Origin: an uncultured Gammaproteobacteria bacterium | GTDB taxonomy: Bacteria; Pseudomonadota; Gammaproteobacteria; UBA4575 | NCBI GenBank assembly: GCA_951812785.1 | Contig: OX638335.1 | Location: 1,443,653 to 1,507,652, forward strand | Direction of reading: 5' to 3' | DNA length: 64,000 nucleotides | Shown here: piece by piece, positions 52,577 to 64,000 of the stretch | Numbering within the stretch: position 1 is the stretch's first letter | Layout: each line of letters opens with the position of its first letter | Notes under the pieces: generated by a model | What the model was told of the DNA's origin: nothing | Database searches by the model: none | What the model saw: the letters and a program-made list of their open reading frames with translations, nothing else | Program-made: the position numbers and the translations under genes

Positions 52577-53545
52577 TTAAAAAATAAGTAACGCAGAACC
52601 CCAGGTAAAGCCGCCGCCAAAGGCTTCTAATATAACTGACTCACCTTTCTTAATTCTTCCATCACGTACGGCAGTATCCAGTGCCAATGGAATTGATGCT
52701 GCTGATGTATTGCCATGAAGGTCAACGGTCACGACTACTTTTTCCATCGGCAGCTTTAATTTTCTTGCAATGGCTTGGATAATTCTCGTATTCGCTTGAT
52801 GTGGCACTAACCAGTCTATTTGCGATTTATCAAAGTTATTAGCCTCCAAAGTTTCATCGGCAATTTTACCTAAGGTATTGACTGCCATTTTGAACACTTC
52901 ATTGCCTTTCATGTAGACATAGGCCTCGCCTTTTTTCAGTAAGTCATAGCCTTCAGAAATACCACATGGCACTGTTAATAGATGTTCGTAGCTTCCATCT
53001 GCATGCAAATGAGTAGACAAAATACCCGGCTCATCGCTAGCTTCTAAGACTACTGCTCCGCCACCGTCGCCAAATAACACGCAGGTATCACGATCTGTCC
53101 AATCGACAATTCTTGAGAATGTCTCTGCCCCAATGACCAATGCTATTTTGACTGTCCCTGCTTTAATAAAGTTATCTGCAATCGCTAGCGCGTAAACAAA
53201 CCCTGTACATACTGCCTGCACATCAAATGCTGGGCATCCATGAATTTCTAATCGTTTTTGAATTAAACATGCAGTACTAGGAAAGACTTTATCTGCGGTC
53301 GTGGTAGCAACAATAATTAAATCAATATCACTATTCTTTTTGCCCGCCATGTCCATCGCACGGCGCGCGGCTATTACACCTAAGTCAGACGTTGTTTCCC
53401 CTTCTGCCGCTATATGACGCTCACGAATACCTGTACGGTCACGAATCCATTCGTCTGAGGTCTCAACCATTGTTTCTAAATCTGTATTGGTGAGTATCTT
53501 TTCAGGTAGATAACTACCTGTTCCTGTGATTTTCGAATATTTCAT
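52577..53545 (-). CDS. fabH: 3-oxoacyl-ACP synthase III
   Basis: 322 aa; active-site Cys context ..[15 protein letters not shown]..; in the plsX-fabH operon. Confidence 0.93.
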   Translation of the reverse strand: MKYSKITGTGSYLPEKILTNTDLETMVETSDEWIRDRTGIRERHIAAEGETTSDLGVIAARRAMDMAGKKNSDIDLIIVATTTADKVFPSTACLIQKRLEIHGCPAFDVQAVCTGFVYALAIADNFIKAGTVKIALVIGAETFSRIVDWTDRDTCVLFGDGGGAVVLEASDEPGILSTHLHADGSYEHLLTVPCGISEGYDLLKKGEAYVYMKGNEVFKMAVNTLGKIADETLEANNFDKSQIDWLVPHQANTRIIQAIARKLKLPMEKVVVTVDLHGNTSAASIPLALDTAVRDGRIKKGESVILEAFGGGFTWGSALLIF

Positions 53546-54558
53546 TTCGTATTGGCCAAGTAATTTTCTAGTTGTTTATCAATCAACGTCGGTACACTTT
53601 TCTGTACTTCTATATAAGCAATTGAAATGGCATGCTCAAATGAAAATGCATCTGCACCCCCATGGCTTTTAATTACAATACCTTTAAGCCCTAGCAATGA
53701 CGCCCCATTATAGCGCCTTGGATCGATAGAGTTTTTAAATTCATTCAGTATTGGTGTTGCCAATACTGCAATGAATTTTGTAAATAAGTTTTTAGTAAAT
53801 GATTTTCTAGCATAGCTGGAAATAAGTTTAGCCACACCTTCGCTGGTTTTAAGCGATACGTTACCAACAAAACCATCGCAGGCAATCACATCAACTTCAC
53901 CGCAAAAAATATCATCACCCTCAACATAGCCAATATAATTTAATGGGCTACTCTCTAACAAGACATTAGCTTCTTTAACTTGATCATTACCTTTTATCGC
54001 TTCTGAACCCACGTTAAGTAAACCGACTCTTGGCGATGCAATATCATCGACTGCACTCGCTAATACTGACCCCATCACAGCAAACTGAAATAAGTTCTCA
54101 GCTTTACAGTCAACGTTAGCGCCTAAATCCAACATATGAGTATGGCCATCCATAGCCGGCAAAGTTGTATTAATTGCAGGGCGATCTATGCCTGCCAAGG
54201 TGTTTAGCACATATCTCGCTGTCGCCATGAGCGCACCAGTGTTACCTGCACTCACGCATGCTTGAGCCTGGTCTTCTTTGACTAGATTTATGGCTACGCG
54301 CATTGAGGAATCTTTCTTGGAACGTAATGCTTGTGCGGGTGGTTCATTCATTTCCACCACTTGTGTCGCATGATGAATTTTAAGCCGATCAGATTGACTG
54401 CTAGAGGCTTGCTCTAATTCATATTCTATCTTTGCTTGATCTCCAACCAAGACAAGATTCAAATCATCATGTTTTTTCAATGCGCTTAACGCGGCAGGCA
54501 CAACGACCATAGGACCAAAGTCCCCGCCCATCGCATCTAATGAAATTGTATTATTCAT
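53542..54558 (-). CDS. plsX: phosphate acyltransferase PlsX
   Basis: 338 aa; overlaps fabH; rpmF-plsX-fabH order. Confidence 0.92.
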   Translation of the reverse strand: MNNTISLDAMGGDFGPMVVVPAALSALKKHDDLNLVLVGDQAKIEYELEQASSSQSDRLKIHHATQVVEMNEPPAQALRSKKDSSMRVAINLVKEDQAQACVSAGNTGALMATARYVLNTLAGIDRPAINTTLPAMDGHTHMLDLGANVDCKAENLFQFAVMGSVLASAVDDIASPRVGLLNVGSEAIKGNDQVKEANVLLESSPLNYIGYVEGDDIFCGEVDVIACDGFVGNVSLKTSEGVAKLISSYARKSFTKNLFTKFIAVLATPILNEFKNSIDPRRYNGASLLGLKGIVIKSHGGADAFSFEHAISIAYIEVQKSVPTLIDKQLENYLANTK

Positions 54559-54643
54559 GACAATAGAAACAAGTAACGCAACACTATGTAAGTGTTGCGT
54601 TAAGAATAATTAACACTGAATTTAAAGCAGTTCGAGAGACGAA

Positions 54644-54832
54644 TTAATCTTCGTCTATTTCGTCTTGCTTGATAACCTGGCGACCACGATAGAAACCGTC
54701 AGGGCTGACGTGATGTCTACGATGCGTTTCACCAGTAGTAGGCTCGATAGAAAGAGTTTCAGATTTTAATGCATCATGTGCACGACGCATGCCTCTTTTC
54801 GATGGTGTTTTTCGATTCTGTTGTACTGCCAT
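54644..54832 (-). CDS. rpmF: 50S ribosomal protein L32
   Basis: 62 aa, [22 protein letters not shown].. Confidence 0.93.
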   Translation of the reverse strand: MAVQQNRKTPSKRGMRRAHDALKSETLSIEPTTGETHRRHHVSPDGFYRGRQVIKQDEIDED

Positions 54833-54852
54833 TGGTGATCTCCGGTCTATCT

Positions 54853-55428
54853 TTAAAGTTTTAAGTCTTTCAGTTTAGCAAACGGATTATCTTTCTCATC
54901 CGTTGGCACTTCATCAAATTCATGCATCCACTGTTTCACAGGGGATTCACACTTTTCTATATCCGCATGCTTCGCAACAATCGGTATAGAAAGAATAATT
55001 TCATCTTCGATAAAACTAGCAGTGGTAATTACCTGCCCCGTGTATTCAAAGATTTCATGCCCTTCCTCACTTGCCAGCTCTAGTGAGTCTGGTGTAATCA
55101 ATAACAACTGAAACTGACTACTAATGGGTACCGCTGTATTTCCCATACACCGTTGACATGTTTGCCCGACCTCGCCTTCAATAGTACCTTTGACCATTGG
55201 AAATTTTAACGATGACATTGAAAAGGTCATTGTTACGTAAAATTCACCGTCTGAGTTAGATGCCAATTCGATAATTCTTGGCATATCCTTGACGGGAATA
55301 TTTCCTGCGAATTGGCGCCCCCGATTGGCGAATAATACGGGGTCAAATTGCAAAGATAGATCGTTGCTCATTCGGCGGACAAGTGTATAGTTTGGCTTAA
55401 GTTTCGTCAAAGTTTTTACTGAAATCAA
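54853..55428 (-). CDS. yceD: YceD/DUF177 large-subunit assembly protein
   Basis: 191 aa with a Cys pair ..CQRCMG..; immediately upstream of rpmF as in the E. coli yceD-rpmF arrangement. Confidence 0.8.
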   Translation of the reverse strand: MISVKTLTKLKPNYTLVRRMSNDLSLQFDPVLFANRGRQFAGNIPVKDMPRIIELASNSDGEFYVTMTFSMSSLKFPMVKGTIEGEVGQTCQRCMGNTAVPISSQFQLLLITPDSLELASEEGHEIFEYTGQVITTASFIEDEIILSIPIVAKHADIEKCESPVKQWMHEFDEVPTDEKDNPFAKLKDLKL

Positions 55429-55472
55429 CCACTTCTTAGGCCTGTTTCACTCAATAAATTGGAAAATAACTC

Positions 55473-56051
55473 ATGACCCGTCTAATTCTGGCTTCAAGCT
55501 CTCCCTATCGTAAGGAATTACTAGAAAGACTACATGTCGAGTTTGAGTGTATTTCCCCCGATATTGATGAAGCTAGCCTCGAAAATGAGCAACCTAGGGC
55601 CTATGTTCAACGATTAGCAATAGAAAAAGCAGCTAAAATTGGCAAAACACAGGTGGATAGCTTAATTATTGGCTCTGATCAGTGTTGTGTGAACAATAAT
55701 ATCATTCTCGGCAAGCCTAAAGACCGTGATAATGCTATCGAGCAACTCAATGCAGCGTCAGGCAAGTACATAGAATTTCTGACAGGCGTTTCTATTCAGC
55801 ACCCCCAATCGGGTTGGCATCGGGAATGGATGGATAGATTTACAGTGGAATTTAGAGAACTATCATTGGCTGAAATTGAGCGTTACCTAGATACTGAACA
55901 ACCTTTCAATTGCGCGGGAAGTTTCAAATCGGAGAAATTGGGCATTTCTTTATGCAAATCAATGCGCGGAGATGACCCCACGGCATTGATTGGTTTACCA
56001 CTAATTAGGGTTGCACAATGTTTGAGAGAGTTTGGGCTGCAGGTGCCTTAA
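55473..56051 (+). CDS. maf: Maf-like nucleotide pyrophosphatase (YceF type)
   Basis: 192 aa, MTRLILASSSPYRKELLERL.. N-terminus typical of Maf; divergent from yceD. Confidence 0.85.
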   Translation: MTRLILASSSPYRKELLERLHVEFECISPDIDEASLENEQPRAYVQRLAIEKAAKIGKTQVDSLIIGSDQCCVNNNIILGKPKDRDNAIEQLNAASGKYIEFLTGVSIQHPQSGWHREWMDRFTVEFRELSLAEIERYLDTEQPFNCAGSFKSEKLGISLCKSMRGDDPTALIGLPLIRVAQCLREFGLQVP

Positions 56052-56195
56052 GTTTTAAAACACGCCATCCTCGTGAAAACGAGGATCTAACAGCAATAAA
56101 TTTTGTACTTCACTCTAACTTCAGTTTGATTCCCGCCCCTGCAATTGCTCTACCTTCTGCACCTATACGGTCGCACATAGGAAGACAACTGTTAC

Positions 56196-57137
56196 TTAAC
56201 GTAGCCTTACACCTTCTAACCAAAGCCTTAACTGCGAGCCCATAGAACTACCTATACGTCCAGCTAAACGTTGGAAGATATCTTCTTGATACGAGTAATC
56301 AACAATATCTTCTACACCAACGACTTCACGTGCAACATAACCTGCACTGCCTAGACCATCAATCAAACCAAGTTCCATCGCTTTAGTGCCCGTCCAGAAT
56401 AAACCACTAAACAGTGTTGGATCATCAGACAAATGCTCTCCACGCCCTTCTTTCACCACTTCTATAAACTCTTGGTGAATTTCATTTAACATTTTTTGCA
56501 CATGTTGTTTTTCAACTGGGTTTTCAGGGGAGAAAGGGTCAAGCGCTGCTTTGTGTTCACCCGCTGTTAACAAGCGTCTTTCAATACCTAATTTTTCAAT
56601 CGCCTCTTCAAAACCAAACCCATCCATGCGCACACCTATAGAACCAACAATACTGGACTCATTGGCAAAGATTTTATCGGCAGCCACTGCAACATAAATA
56701 CCACCAGATGCGCAGATATCTGATATCACTGCGTATATAGGTTTAATTGGATACATTTCTCGCAATCGTTTAATTTCAGAATTAATATAAGCAGATTGGA
56801 CAGGCGAACCACCGGGACTATTAATACTTAAAATAACCGCTGCTGAATTTTCATTTTCAAACGCTGAACGCAACCCAGACACTACATTATTGGCACTGGC
56901 ATTCTCACCATCTGCGATCACACCAGCTAAATTAACTAATGCGGTGTGACGTTTATTAGACATCAAGGTTCCTGTGCTCTTTGAACCAACAAGTGCAACT
57001 AAAAATATAATCAGGTAAGCAGCGAAGAACAGTTTAAAGAATATTCCCCAACGCCTCGCGCGGCGTTGTTCTTTGAGTCCGGCATTTGCCAGCTCAACAA
57101 TGACATCACGTTCCCAATTCGGTTTTGATTCATCCAT
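56196..57137 (-). CDS. sppA: S49-family signal peptide peptidase (SppA/SohB-like)
   Basis: 313 aa; N-terminal TM segment; ..INSPGGS.. and ..ASGGYY-like.. motifs of the S49 family. Confidence 0.75.
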   Translation of the reverse strand: MDESKPNWERDVIVELANAGLKEQRRARRWGIFFKLFFAAYLIIFLVALVGSKSTGTLMSNKRHTALVNLAGVIADGENASANNVVSGLRSAFENENSAAVILSINSPGGSPVQSAYINSEIKRLREMYPIKPIYAVISDICASGGIYVAVAADKIFANESSIVGSIGVRMDGFGFEEAIEKLGIERRLLTAGEHKAALDPFSPENPVEKQHVQKMLNEIHQEFIEVVKEGRGEHLSDDPTLFSGLFWTGTKAMELGLIDGLGSAGYVAREVVGVEDIVDYSYQEDIFQRLAGRIGSSMGSQLRLWLEGVRLR

Positions 57138-57225
57138 GCGGCTAAGTTACCTCGAATAAAAATTTAGTGGATGGCAATCTATAATTATATAAATTGTAGC
57201 ATGTGTACGGCTAAATCTGCTTTCT

Positions 57226-58197
57226 CTATTTCCCTTTCCGTAACAGTTTACACAGATTTTTTAGCTCTTCAGGAAGCGGTGCCTGGAACTCCAAGGTTTG
57301 ACTCAAGCTAGATAAATGAAGCTTCAAATAACTCGCATGTAAAAACATTCGTTGTAAACCTTGTTTTTGCAGTGCTCGATTATATTCAAAATCTCCATAG
57401 CGTTTATCGCCCGCAACAGGATGCCCCTCAAGTTGCGCATGCACTCTGATTTGGTGTGTGCGCCCAGTCAAAATACTAGCCGACATTAAAGTATGTTGGC
57501 CAAAACGCTCCTTAGTAGAAAATATTGTCAGCGCTTGCTTGCCAGTTTCTGCTCCAATCATTTTAGAACTAACGCTATTATTAGTTTGCTTCTCCAGCGC
57601 ATGCTCGACTGTCCGCTTTTTAACCTTCCAGTCTCCTTTTGCAAGAAACACATATTCCTTTTCTGATTCTTTAGCATGTAAACCATTTTGAACATCAAGC
57701 AATGCCCGCCTTGTTTTAGCCAGAACCAAGCAACCACTGGTTTCTTTATCAATGCGATGGGCTAATTCTAAAAACGGTTGATTCACTCTACTTGCACGAA
57801 AAACTTCAATTATCCCCCAATATTCGCCGGTGCCACTATGCACTGCCAACCCTGCTGGCTTATTGATCACCAACAAATGTTCATTTTCGAACACAATCTG
57901 ATTTTCTAGGCGTTGAATAAGATCAGGAGGAGCTTGACGCACTTTATCGCTAGAATGTTCGACTGAAATTGGTGGCAATCTAACCATATCACCTAGTTTG
58001 ACTCGATACACCGGTTTAACGCGGCCTTTATTAACGCGCACCTCACCACTACGCAGCGCTCTGTAGATTCTGCTTTTGGGTACTTTAGTAAAATGAGCGA
58101 GTAAAAAGTTGTCTATACGCTGGCCTGCATGACCTTCATCCACTTCCACTAATTTTGCTTTGCTTACAGTCACTATGTATTTAAAACCTGAGGTCAT
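57226..58197 (-). CDS. rluC: 23S rRNA pseudouridine synthase (RluC-like, RluA family, S4 domain)
   Basis: 323 aa; N-terminal S4 domain; catalytic ..HRIDKETSGCLVLAK..; divergent from rne as in E. coli. Confidence 0.85.
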   Translation of the reverse strand: MTSGFKYIVTVSKAKLVEVDEGHAGQRIDNFLLAHFTKVPKSRIYRALRSGEVRVNKGRVKPVYRVKLGDMVRLPPISVEHSSDKVRQAPPDLIQRLENQIVFENEHLLVINKPAGLAVHSGTGEYWGIIEVFRASRVNQPFLELAHRIDKETSGCLVLAKTRRALLDVQNGLHAKESEKEYVFLAKGDWKVKKRTVEHALEKQTNNSVSSKMIGAETGKQALTIFSTKERFGQHTLMSASILTGRTHQIRVHAQLEGHPVAGDKRYGDFEYNRALQKQGLQRMFLHASYLKLHLSSLSQTLEFQAPLPEELKNLCKLLRKGK

Positions 58198-58574
58198 TGC
58201 CGCACATTGAAATGATTGATATAGTTAGGGCGTTAAGTTGTTTGAGAATAATACTTTAGTACTACTCAGACCACTCTCAGTGCACCCAAAACTGGGGCCA
58301 TGCAAGAGAGCTAAAAAGCTTAATTACCTTACTTCTGAATGTAATAACACAATCAGAGTTTAAATAGATTTTACTACCGTCATGACGGACAAAGTAAATT
58401 AATAAAGAATGTTCATTCTACTTTCAATCTGCAATCTAATAATGCTCTCTCACAGAGAGACCGTTACGTTGTGCATAGATAACCTGTTTGGGCTCCCTGG
58501 AGTTGGACACATTAAGCACGGCGGGTTGACGCCCTACCAGCAATTGAAAGCGGAAGTAGAAAACCGAGACCAAT
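58198..58574 (+). promoter_or_regulatory. rne 5' leader (candidate autoregulatory 5' UTR)
   Basis: 377-bp gap between divergent rluC and rne. Enterobacterial rne has a long structured autoregulated 5' UTR at this position; no specific hairpins were verified here. Confidence 0.3.
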
Positions 58575-60779
58575 ATGAAAAGAATACTAGTCAATGCTAC
58601 ACAGCAAGAAGAATTGCGTGTTGCGATGGTCGATGGCCAAAAGCTATACGATCTCGATATCGAAGTTCCTTCACAAGAACAAAAGAAAGCCAACATATAC
58701 AAAGGCATTATCACTCGTGTTGAACCGAGTCTAGAAGCAGCATTTGTTAACTACGGCGTAGATCGCCACGGCTTCCTGCCCTTCAAAGAAATATCCAAGC
58801 TTTATTTCAAGGAAAATAATACTCCTGCGGGCGAACGCCCGGCAATTAAAGACCTTATCAAGGAAGGACAGCAACTCATCGTTCAAGTTGAACGAGAAGA
58901 GCGTGGCAATAAAGGCGCAGCACTCACAACTTTTATCAGCTTAGCTGGACGTTATTTGGTATTAATGCCAAATAATCCACGTGCTGGCGGTGTATCTCGT
59001 CGCATTGAAGGCAATGACCGTAAAGAAGTTCGCGAAGCTTTAAATCAAGTCAAAATTCCTGACGGCATGGGCGCCATTGTACGTACCGCTGGTGTTGGTC
59101 GCACCAGTGAAGAACTAGGCTGGGACATCGCCTACTTAGAAAAAGTTTGGACAGCAATTGAAGCGGCTGCCGCACAAAAAAATGATCCTTTCCTGATTTA
59201 CCAGGAAAGCAACGCAATGATTCGTGCGCTACGTGACCACTTCCGCAATGACATTAATGAAATTATTATTGATGATGCCAAGGTTTATAAAGATGCGTAC
59301 AACTTCTTAGAGCAAGTGATGCCTAATGAACTTCGTAAACTTAGTTTGTATGAAGACCATGTACCTTTGTTCAATCGTTACCAAGTTGAAGCTCAAATTG
59401 AATCGGCCTTTCAGCGCGAAGTAAATTTACCATCAGGTGGCGCAATTGTTATCGATCATACCGAAGCATTGCTTTCAATTGATATTAACTCTGCGCGTGC
59501 CACTAAAGGCAGCGACATTGAGCAAACTGCTTTACAAACAAACTTGGAAGCTGCTGATGAAATTGCTCGTCAATTACGTTTGCGTGACTTGGGTGGATTA
59601 ATTGTTGTCGATTTCATCGATATGTTGGCTAATAAGAACCAGCGTGAAGTTGAGAATCGTTTACGTGATGCAATTGAAGTTGATCGCGCCCGCATACAGT
59701 TAGGACGAATTTCACGCTTCGGACTATTAGAAATGTCGCGCCAAAGACTTCGACCTTCATTGGGTGAATCTAGCCAGATCGTTTGTCCTCGATGTACTGG
59801 CCACGGAACAATTCGCACCAGCGAGTCACTTGCTCTAGCTATTTTAAGATTGCTAGAAGAAGAAGCAATGAAAGACAAAACGGGTAAAGTGATTGCACGC
59901 GTCCCCGTTGATGTTGGCACATTTCTGCTTAATGAAAAACGTTTGTCCCTACAAGAAATTGAACAACGCCATAAATTTGATTTAGTTATTGTTCCACAAG
60001 CCAATTTAGAAACACCACACTTTGAAGTACAACGTATACGTAATGACGATACAGAAGTCAAAGATAAGACCAGTTACGAGTTAAGCACTAGTGAAGAAGA
60101 AAATGCAGAAATCACTACGACAACGCGTAGACCTGTCGACAAACCTGCTGTATCTACTGTCACTATGGATGCACCTACTCCAACTCAGAGCAACACAAGT
60201 AACAAACCCTCGAAGAGTATCCTTGCAAAACTATTTGGTTGGTTGTTTGAAGACACAACTAAGAAAGAAGAGACTAAAACCAAAGAAAAATCTGACGGTA
60301 ATCAACGCCGCAGACGACACAACAATAACAATCGTAATCGCAACAATAATAATAGACGCAGGAACCCTAATCAGCGCGGATCTAATCGTAAAGGTGGTCG
60401 CAGTGGAAATAGAAGTGACCAACCACGTGCAGATGATGGTGGCAAAGGTCAAACGGATAATCGTAATTGCAATAACAACCGTTCTGACTCACAGCAAAAG
60501 CAAGGCCAGAATGCTGAGCAATCAGATAGTTCGCAAAGTAATGAAAATAAGCAGTCAAGCCAGTCTGGGAATACACGAAACAGAAATTCACGGTCCCGCC
60601 AACAAGCCAGGCAGTCAAAAAGCGAACAAAATAGAACTGAGCAACAGGCCGCACCACGATCAGGAAATACACAACCTAGCAAATCTCAAGGGAGTGAGCC
60701 ATCTGGTAATACTCAGACAAGCACTGCTGAATTGAGCAAGCCTCAAACAGAAACTAAACCAACAAATACTGAAGGCTAG
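58575..60779 (+). CDS. rne: ribonuclease E
   Basis: 734 aa; N-terminal S1 and catalytic domain ([30 protein letters not shown]..). C-terminal Arg/Asn/Gln/Ser-rich low-complexity scaffold tail. Confidence 0.95.
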   Translation: MKRILVNATQQEELRVAMVDGQKLYDLDIEVPSQEQKKANIYKGIITRVEPSLEAAFVNYGVDRHGFLPFKEISKLYFKENNTPAGERPAIKDLIKEGQQLIVQVEREERGNKGAALTTFISLAGRYLVLMPNNPRAGGVSRRIEGNDRKEVREALNQVKIPDGMGAIVRTAGVGRTSEELGWDIAYLEKVWTAIEAAAAQKNDPFLIYQESNAMIRALRDHFRNDINEIIIDDAKVYKDAYNFLEQVMPNELRKLSLYEDHVPLFNRYQVEAQIESAFQREVNLPSGGAIVIDHTEALLSIDINSARATKGSDIEQTALQTNLEAADEIARQLRLRDLGGLIVVDFIDMLANKNQREVENRLRDAIEVDRARIQLGRISRFGLLEMSRQRLRPSLGESSQIVCPRCTGHGTIRTSESLALAILRLLEEEAMKDKTGKVIARVPVDVGTFLLNEKRLSLQEIEQRHKFDLVIVPQANLETPHFEVQRIRNDDTEVKDKTSYELSTSEEENAEITTTTRRPVDKPAVSTVTMDAPTPTQSNTSNKPSKSILAKLFGWLFEDTTKKEETKTKEKSDGNQRRRRHNNNNRNRNNNNRRRNPNQRGSNRKGGRSGNRSDQPRADDGGKGQTDNRNCNNNRSDSQQKQGQNAEQSDSSQSNENKQSSQSGNTRNRNSRSRQQARQSKSEQNRTEQQAAPRSGNTQPSKSQGSEPSGNTQTSTAELSKPQTETKPTNTEG

Positions 60780-60796
60780 AACTTTCAGCAATCCTA

Positions 60797-61288
60797 TTAA
60801 AGGTGATGACGTTTGCGCATCACCTTTAATAAATTCCAACAGCACTCTTCTATCGTGTTAAATACCTCATTGAATAAATCACTATCCTTGTAATAAGGGT
60901 CGGGCACTTCTTCGCCCACTTTGTCAGGGTGATAATTCAAGAACAGTTCGATTTCATCCCGATGAGATAATGGGGATTTAACTTGCAAGCAACTTGAATT
61001 GGTATTATCCATTGGTAGGATATAATCAAACCCATCAAAATCCTCAACTTTTACCTCACGTGCTTCGGCGAATGAAATATCATAACCTTTTTCTAGTGCT
61101 GCTGCGCATGCTCTAGGATCTGGTTTCTCTCCCAGATGATAAGCGTGAGTTCCTGCTGAATCGACACGAATGACATCTTCCAACCCATGTGTACGTACCA
61201 AGTGATTAAATACACCTTCTGCTGTTGGCGAACGACATATATTCCCCATACACACAAATAATACATTAAATTTTTCAGCTTCAACCAC
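60797..61288 (-). CDS. low-molecular-weight protein-tyrosine phosphatase
   Basis: 163 aa with P-loop VLFVCMGNICRSPTAEG (CX5R) and a downstream DPYY motif. Confidence 0.88.
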   Translation of the reverse strand: MVEAEKFNVLFVCMGNICRSPTAEGVFNHLVRTHGLEDVIRVDSAGTHAYHLGEKPDPRACAAALEKGYDISFAEAREVKVEDFDGFDYILPMDNTNSSCLQVKSPLSHRDEIELFLNYHPDKVGEEVPDPYYKDSDLFNEVFNTIEECCWNLLKVMRKRHHL

Positions 61289-61298
61289 AATTGCGTCC

Positions 61299-61550
61299 CT
61301 ACTCTTGTGGTTTAATAGTTGCTGTTGCTAATGCCCACAAAATCGCTTTTCCACACCATAATGCCAAATAAAAAATAAATACTCGTTTCCATATTTCTAT
61401 AGATTCGAAATTAAGATTATTAATAATATGTTGCTTGATTTCAGTAAATGGCTGGCCACCAGCTATCATTTCATATGCTGGAATTAACACAAACGAAATT
61501 AATAGCGCGATTAGTAGAAATAAAAATACTCGCTTAATAAATATAGCCAT
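61299..61550 (-). CDS. small hypothetical membrane protein
   Basis: 83 aa with two predicted TM helices, tightly packed between neighbouring genes. Confidence 0.4.
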   Translation of the reverse strand: MAIFIKRVFLFLLIALLISFVLIPAYEMIAGGQPFTEIKQHIINNLNFESIEIWKRVFIFYLALWCGKAILWALATATIKPQE

Positions 61551-61556
61551 AAAGAT

Positions 61557-62891
61557 TTAGCGTGAAAATTCTATGCGCTGACCAAGATACTCTTGCGTGG
61601 TTATTTTATTATCAGCATATACGATTTTTCCATTGACGATTGTAGTGTCTATTTTAGATCGGAACTTAAAGCCATCGAATGGAGACCACCCACATTTATA
61701 TAAGAGCTTATCTTCCGTATCAACGCATGATTGATTCATATCTACTAGAATAATGTCAGCCCAATAACCTTCTCTTAAGAATCCTCTATCTATTATACCA
61801 AATCGTTTAGCCACACTATGACTAGACGCTTCTACAAGGCGTTCGATTGTTAACTTTTTGTCTTGTACTAAATCTAAAAGACTTACAAAAGCATATTGAA
61901 CCAGAGGCAATCCCGCCGCGACTTCAAAATAACTACCAGTTTTTTCTGTCAATGTATGAGGTGCATGGTCGGTTGCTACTACATCTATCCTACCTTCAGC
62001 CAAGGCTTGAACCAGAGCATCTCTATCTTTCTCTGTTTTAATCGCAGGATTACATTTAATAAACCCACCCCGTTGCGCATAATCTTTTTCACTAAAGAAT
62101 AAATGGTGCGCACATACTTCTACGGTAATTTGTTTATCTTCAATAGGGCGAGTACTGAAAAACTCTAACTCTTTAGCGGTAGTGAGGTGCAACACATGCA
62201 GTTTGGTACCATGTTTTTTCGCTAGATTCGTCGCCTTCAAAGAAGACAAGTAACATGCCTGCTCTGAACGAATCGTAGGATGAAGCTGCATAGGAATATC
62301 ATCACCATATTGCTGTTTATATTTATCTTCATTGGCGTAGATTGTGGGGCTATCTTCACAGTGTGTAACTACTATAGTCTGCGCATCAGCAAATATGTTT
62401 TCTAACACTTGATCATCATTCACCAGCATATTGCCAGTTGAAGCACCCATAAAGATTTTTATACCGCAAGTAACACCGCGAGTTAATTGACGTAACTCAT
62501 CTATATTGTCATTGGTAGCACCAAGGTAGAAAGCGTAATTGCCTGCACACTTACCTGAGGCATATTGAAATTTTTCTTCTAAACGCTGCAAACTAACCGT
62601 AGGAGGTTTTACATTAGGCATATCAAAGAAGCTGGTAATGCCGCCGACAATTGCAGCTCTAGATTCTGAAGCAAGGTTGCCCTTATGATTTAGCCCAGGT
62701 TCACGGAAATGCACTTGATCATCAATCATTCCAGGCATGATCATTTTACCTTTTGCATCAATGACTTCAGATGCAGGCCTGGATTGTAAATTACCACCTA
62801 TTTCGACGATTCGCCCGTCTTCTATTAGAATATCTTGCTCAGAAATAGTGCCTTCGTTGACAACAGAACCGTTAATTATAAGTATGGACAA
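61557..62891 (-). CDS. pyrC: cyclic amidohydrolase, dihydroorotase-like (class I PyrC/allantoinase fold)
   Basis: 444 aa; metal-binding ..MPGMIDDQVHFREPG.. and a downstream ..VATDHAPH.. motif. Confidence 0.75.
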   Translation of the reverse strand: MSILIINGSVVNEGTISEQDILIEDGRIVEIGGNLQSRPASEVIDAKGKMIMPGMIDDQVHFREPGLNHKGNLASESRAAIVGGITSFFDMPNVKPPTVSLQRLEEKFQYASGKCAGNYAFYLGATNDNIDELRQLTRGVTCGIKIFMGASTGNMLVNDDQVLENIFADAQTIVVTHCEDSPTIYANEDKYKQQYGDDIPMQLHPTIRSEQACYLSSLKATNLAKKHGTKLHVLHLTTAKELEFFSTRPIEDKQITVEVCAHHLFFSEKDYAQRGGFIKCNPAIKTEKDRDALVQALAEGRIDVVATDHAPHTLTEKTGSYFEVAAGLPLVQYAFVSLLDLVQDKKLTIERLVEASSHSVAKRFGIIDRGFLREGYWADIILVDMNQSCVDTEDKLLYKCGWSPFDGFKFRSKIDTTIVNGKIVYADNKITTQEYLGQRIEFSR

Positions 62892-63218
62892 GATTGCACC
62901 TATATTTATGAGCTAAATTAAATAATTCTTAGAATAATATTATTCGGCTTATGAAACATTGTTAATTCGCTTTTTATTGATCACCAATAAGCTTAATTTG
63001 CCCTCCAGACTAACACACTCGAAAACAAAGAATAAGCCTTAAGCAACTACAAATCACTTCAAATCAGCACTAAGTTAAGTGTAACTGTACAGAACAGCTT
63101 ATTGCTGTAACCATAGAAGAAGACTCTAAACAAAACCCAGGTTATGAGTTCTCATTCAAAATCGTTCTCGCGATCGATTATATACAAGCGTAAAATCATC
63201 GCATGAATTAATTAGTAT

Positions 63219-64000
63219 TTAGGTGCCACAGAAAGTTTTATATTCACCAAATTCTTTAGGTGCAGGCTGTTCATATTCACCTTTCCCGAATTGCTGTAGA
63301 TAAGGCCGATTAAGAACATCTACAAGCATTTCAAATTTAGAATAATCAGAAACAGAAATAGCAGCTTCTAATGCTTCTTCAACTTTGTGGTTGCGTGGGA
63401 TATAAATAGGATTGACTTGATTCATCAACTCAATACTCGCAGTAATAGTTAACTCACTGCTTGCTAAACGATCACGCCAGCGATCAAGCCACTGTTCAAA
63501 CTTCATCGTATTTGAAAAGTGCTTGTGCGCAGCTTTATTGTCACCTGTTAACACATCAGCCAAATCACGGAATAGCGATGTGTAATCAACATGATACTCA
63601 TGCATTTCAGCGAGTAAATCATTGACCAAATCCAAATCATTCTGTTGTGTACTCTTGATACCAAGCTTGCAGCACATACCTTGCAACCAATACGTTGAAT
63701 ATTTTTCTGGAAACTCATTTAAATTTTTAGTTACTAATTCAACTGCACGTTCTTGATCAGTATCGATTACTGCAAGCAGTGACTCAGCTAATCTAGTCAA
63801 ATTCCATTGAGCAATAGGTGGTTGATTTTGAAATGCGTAACGACCCTGCTTATCAATCGAGCTATAAACTGCAGCAGGATTGTAACTATCCATAAATGCA
63901 CATGGACCATAATCAATAGTTTCGCCTGATATAGTCATATTGTCCGTGTTCATTACTCCATGCACAAAGCCAATTAACATCCATTTCGAAACAAGCAATG
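63219..64000 (-). CDS. selO: protein adenylyltransferase SelO (YdiU/UPF0061), C-terminal part; gene continues past the window edge
   Basis: ..GFVHGVMNTDNMTISGETIDYGPCAFMD.. is the SelO catalytic-region signature. ORF is open to the right edge. Confidence 0.8.
   Translation of the reverse strand, partial: LLVSKWMLIGFVHGVMNTDNMTISGETIDYGPCAFMDSYNPAAVYSSIDKQGRYAFQNQPPIAQWNLTRLAESLLAVIDTDQERAVELVTKNLNEFPEKYSTYWLQGMCCKLGIKSTQQNDLDLVNDLLAEMHEYHVDYTSLFRDLADVLTGDNKAAHKHFSNTMKFEQWLDRWRDRLASSELTITASIELMNQVNPIYIPRNHKVEEALEAAISVSDYSKFEMLVDVLNRPYLQQFGKGEYEQPAPKEFGEYKTFCGT

Overview
This window comes from an AT-rich gammaproteobacterium. Its central feature is a complete type I-F CRISPR-Cas locus on the minus strand (cas1, cas2-3, cas8f/csy1, cas5f/csy2, cas7f/csy3, cas6f). 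The adjacent CRISPR array is about 14.2 kb with ~238 repeats and 237 spacers; the repeat is GTTTACTGCCGCACAGGCAGCTTAGAAA. The most interesting signal is two degenerate, oppositely oriented mini-CRISPRs inside the cas operon, one in the cas2-3/cas8f gap and one in an unusual 345-bp cas1/cas2-3 gap. Each keeps an intact 5' handle and an intact Cas6f hairpin around a pseudo-spacer. Each pseudo-spacer has a CC PAM plus seed-only match to a site abutting a sigma70-like promoter that points into the cas genes. This is the signature of CreR/CreA-type crRNA-like autoregulators (or RNA toxin-antitoxin safeguards). Two array spacers are perfect 32/32 self-matches, one to the cas3 5' UTR and one to an IS3 orfA in this window; neither target has a CC PAM. 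The left flank (1-10.3 kb) is the conserved rpoC-rpoB-rplL-rplJ-rplA-rplK-nusG-secE-tRNA-Trp-tuf-tRNA cluster. Between it and the array lies a decayed island: IS1595, IS481, IS3 and IS4 transposase pseudogenes, a type I R-M remnant (hsdR and hsdS pseudogenes, no hsdM) and a HigA-like pseudogene. Right of cas1 there is an orphan two-repeat mini-array with a non-I-F repeat, a BrxR/CapW-like WYL regulator pseudogene, a pentapeptide-repeat protein, a DUF2726 protein, and a tRNA Leu-Cys-Gly cluster in which a tRNA-Gly 3' duplication brackets a 1.5-kb two-gene islet. The rest is housekeeping (pgsA, uvrC, UDG4, fabH, plsX, rpmF, yceD, maf, sppA, rluC, rne, LMW-PTP, pyrC-like, selO). The long ORFs the six-frame track calls inside the array are repeat artefacts.
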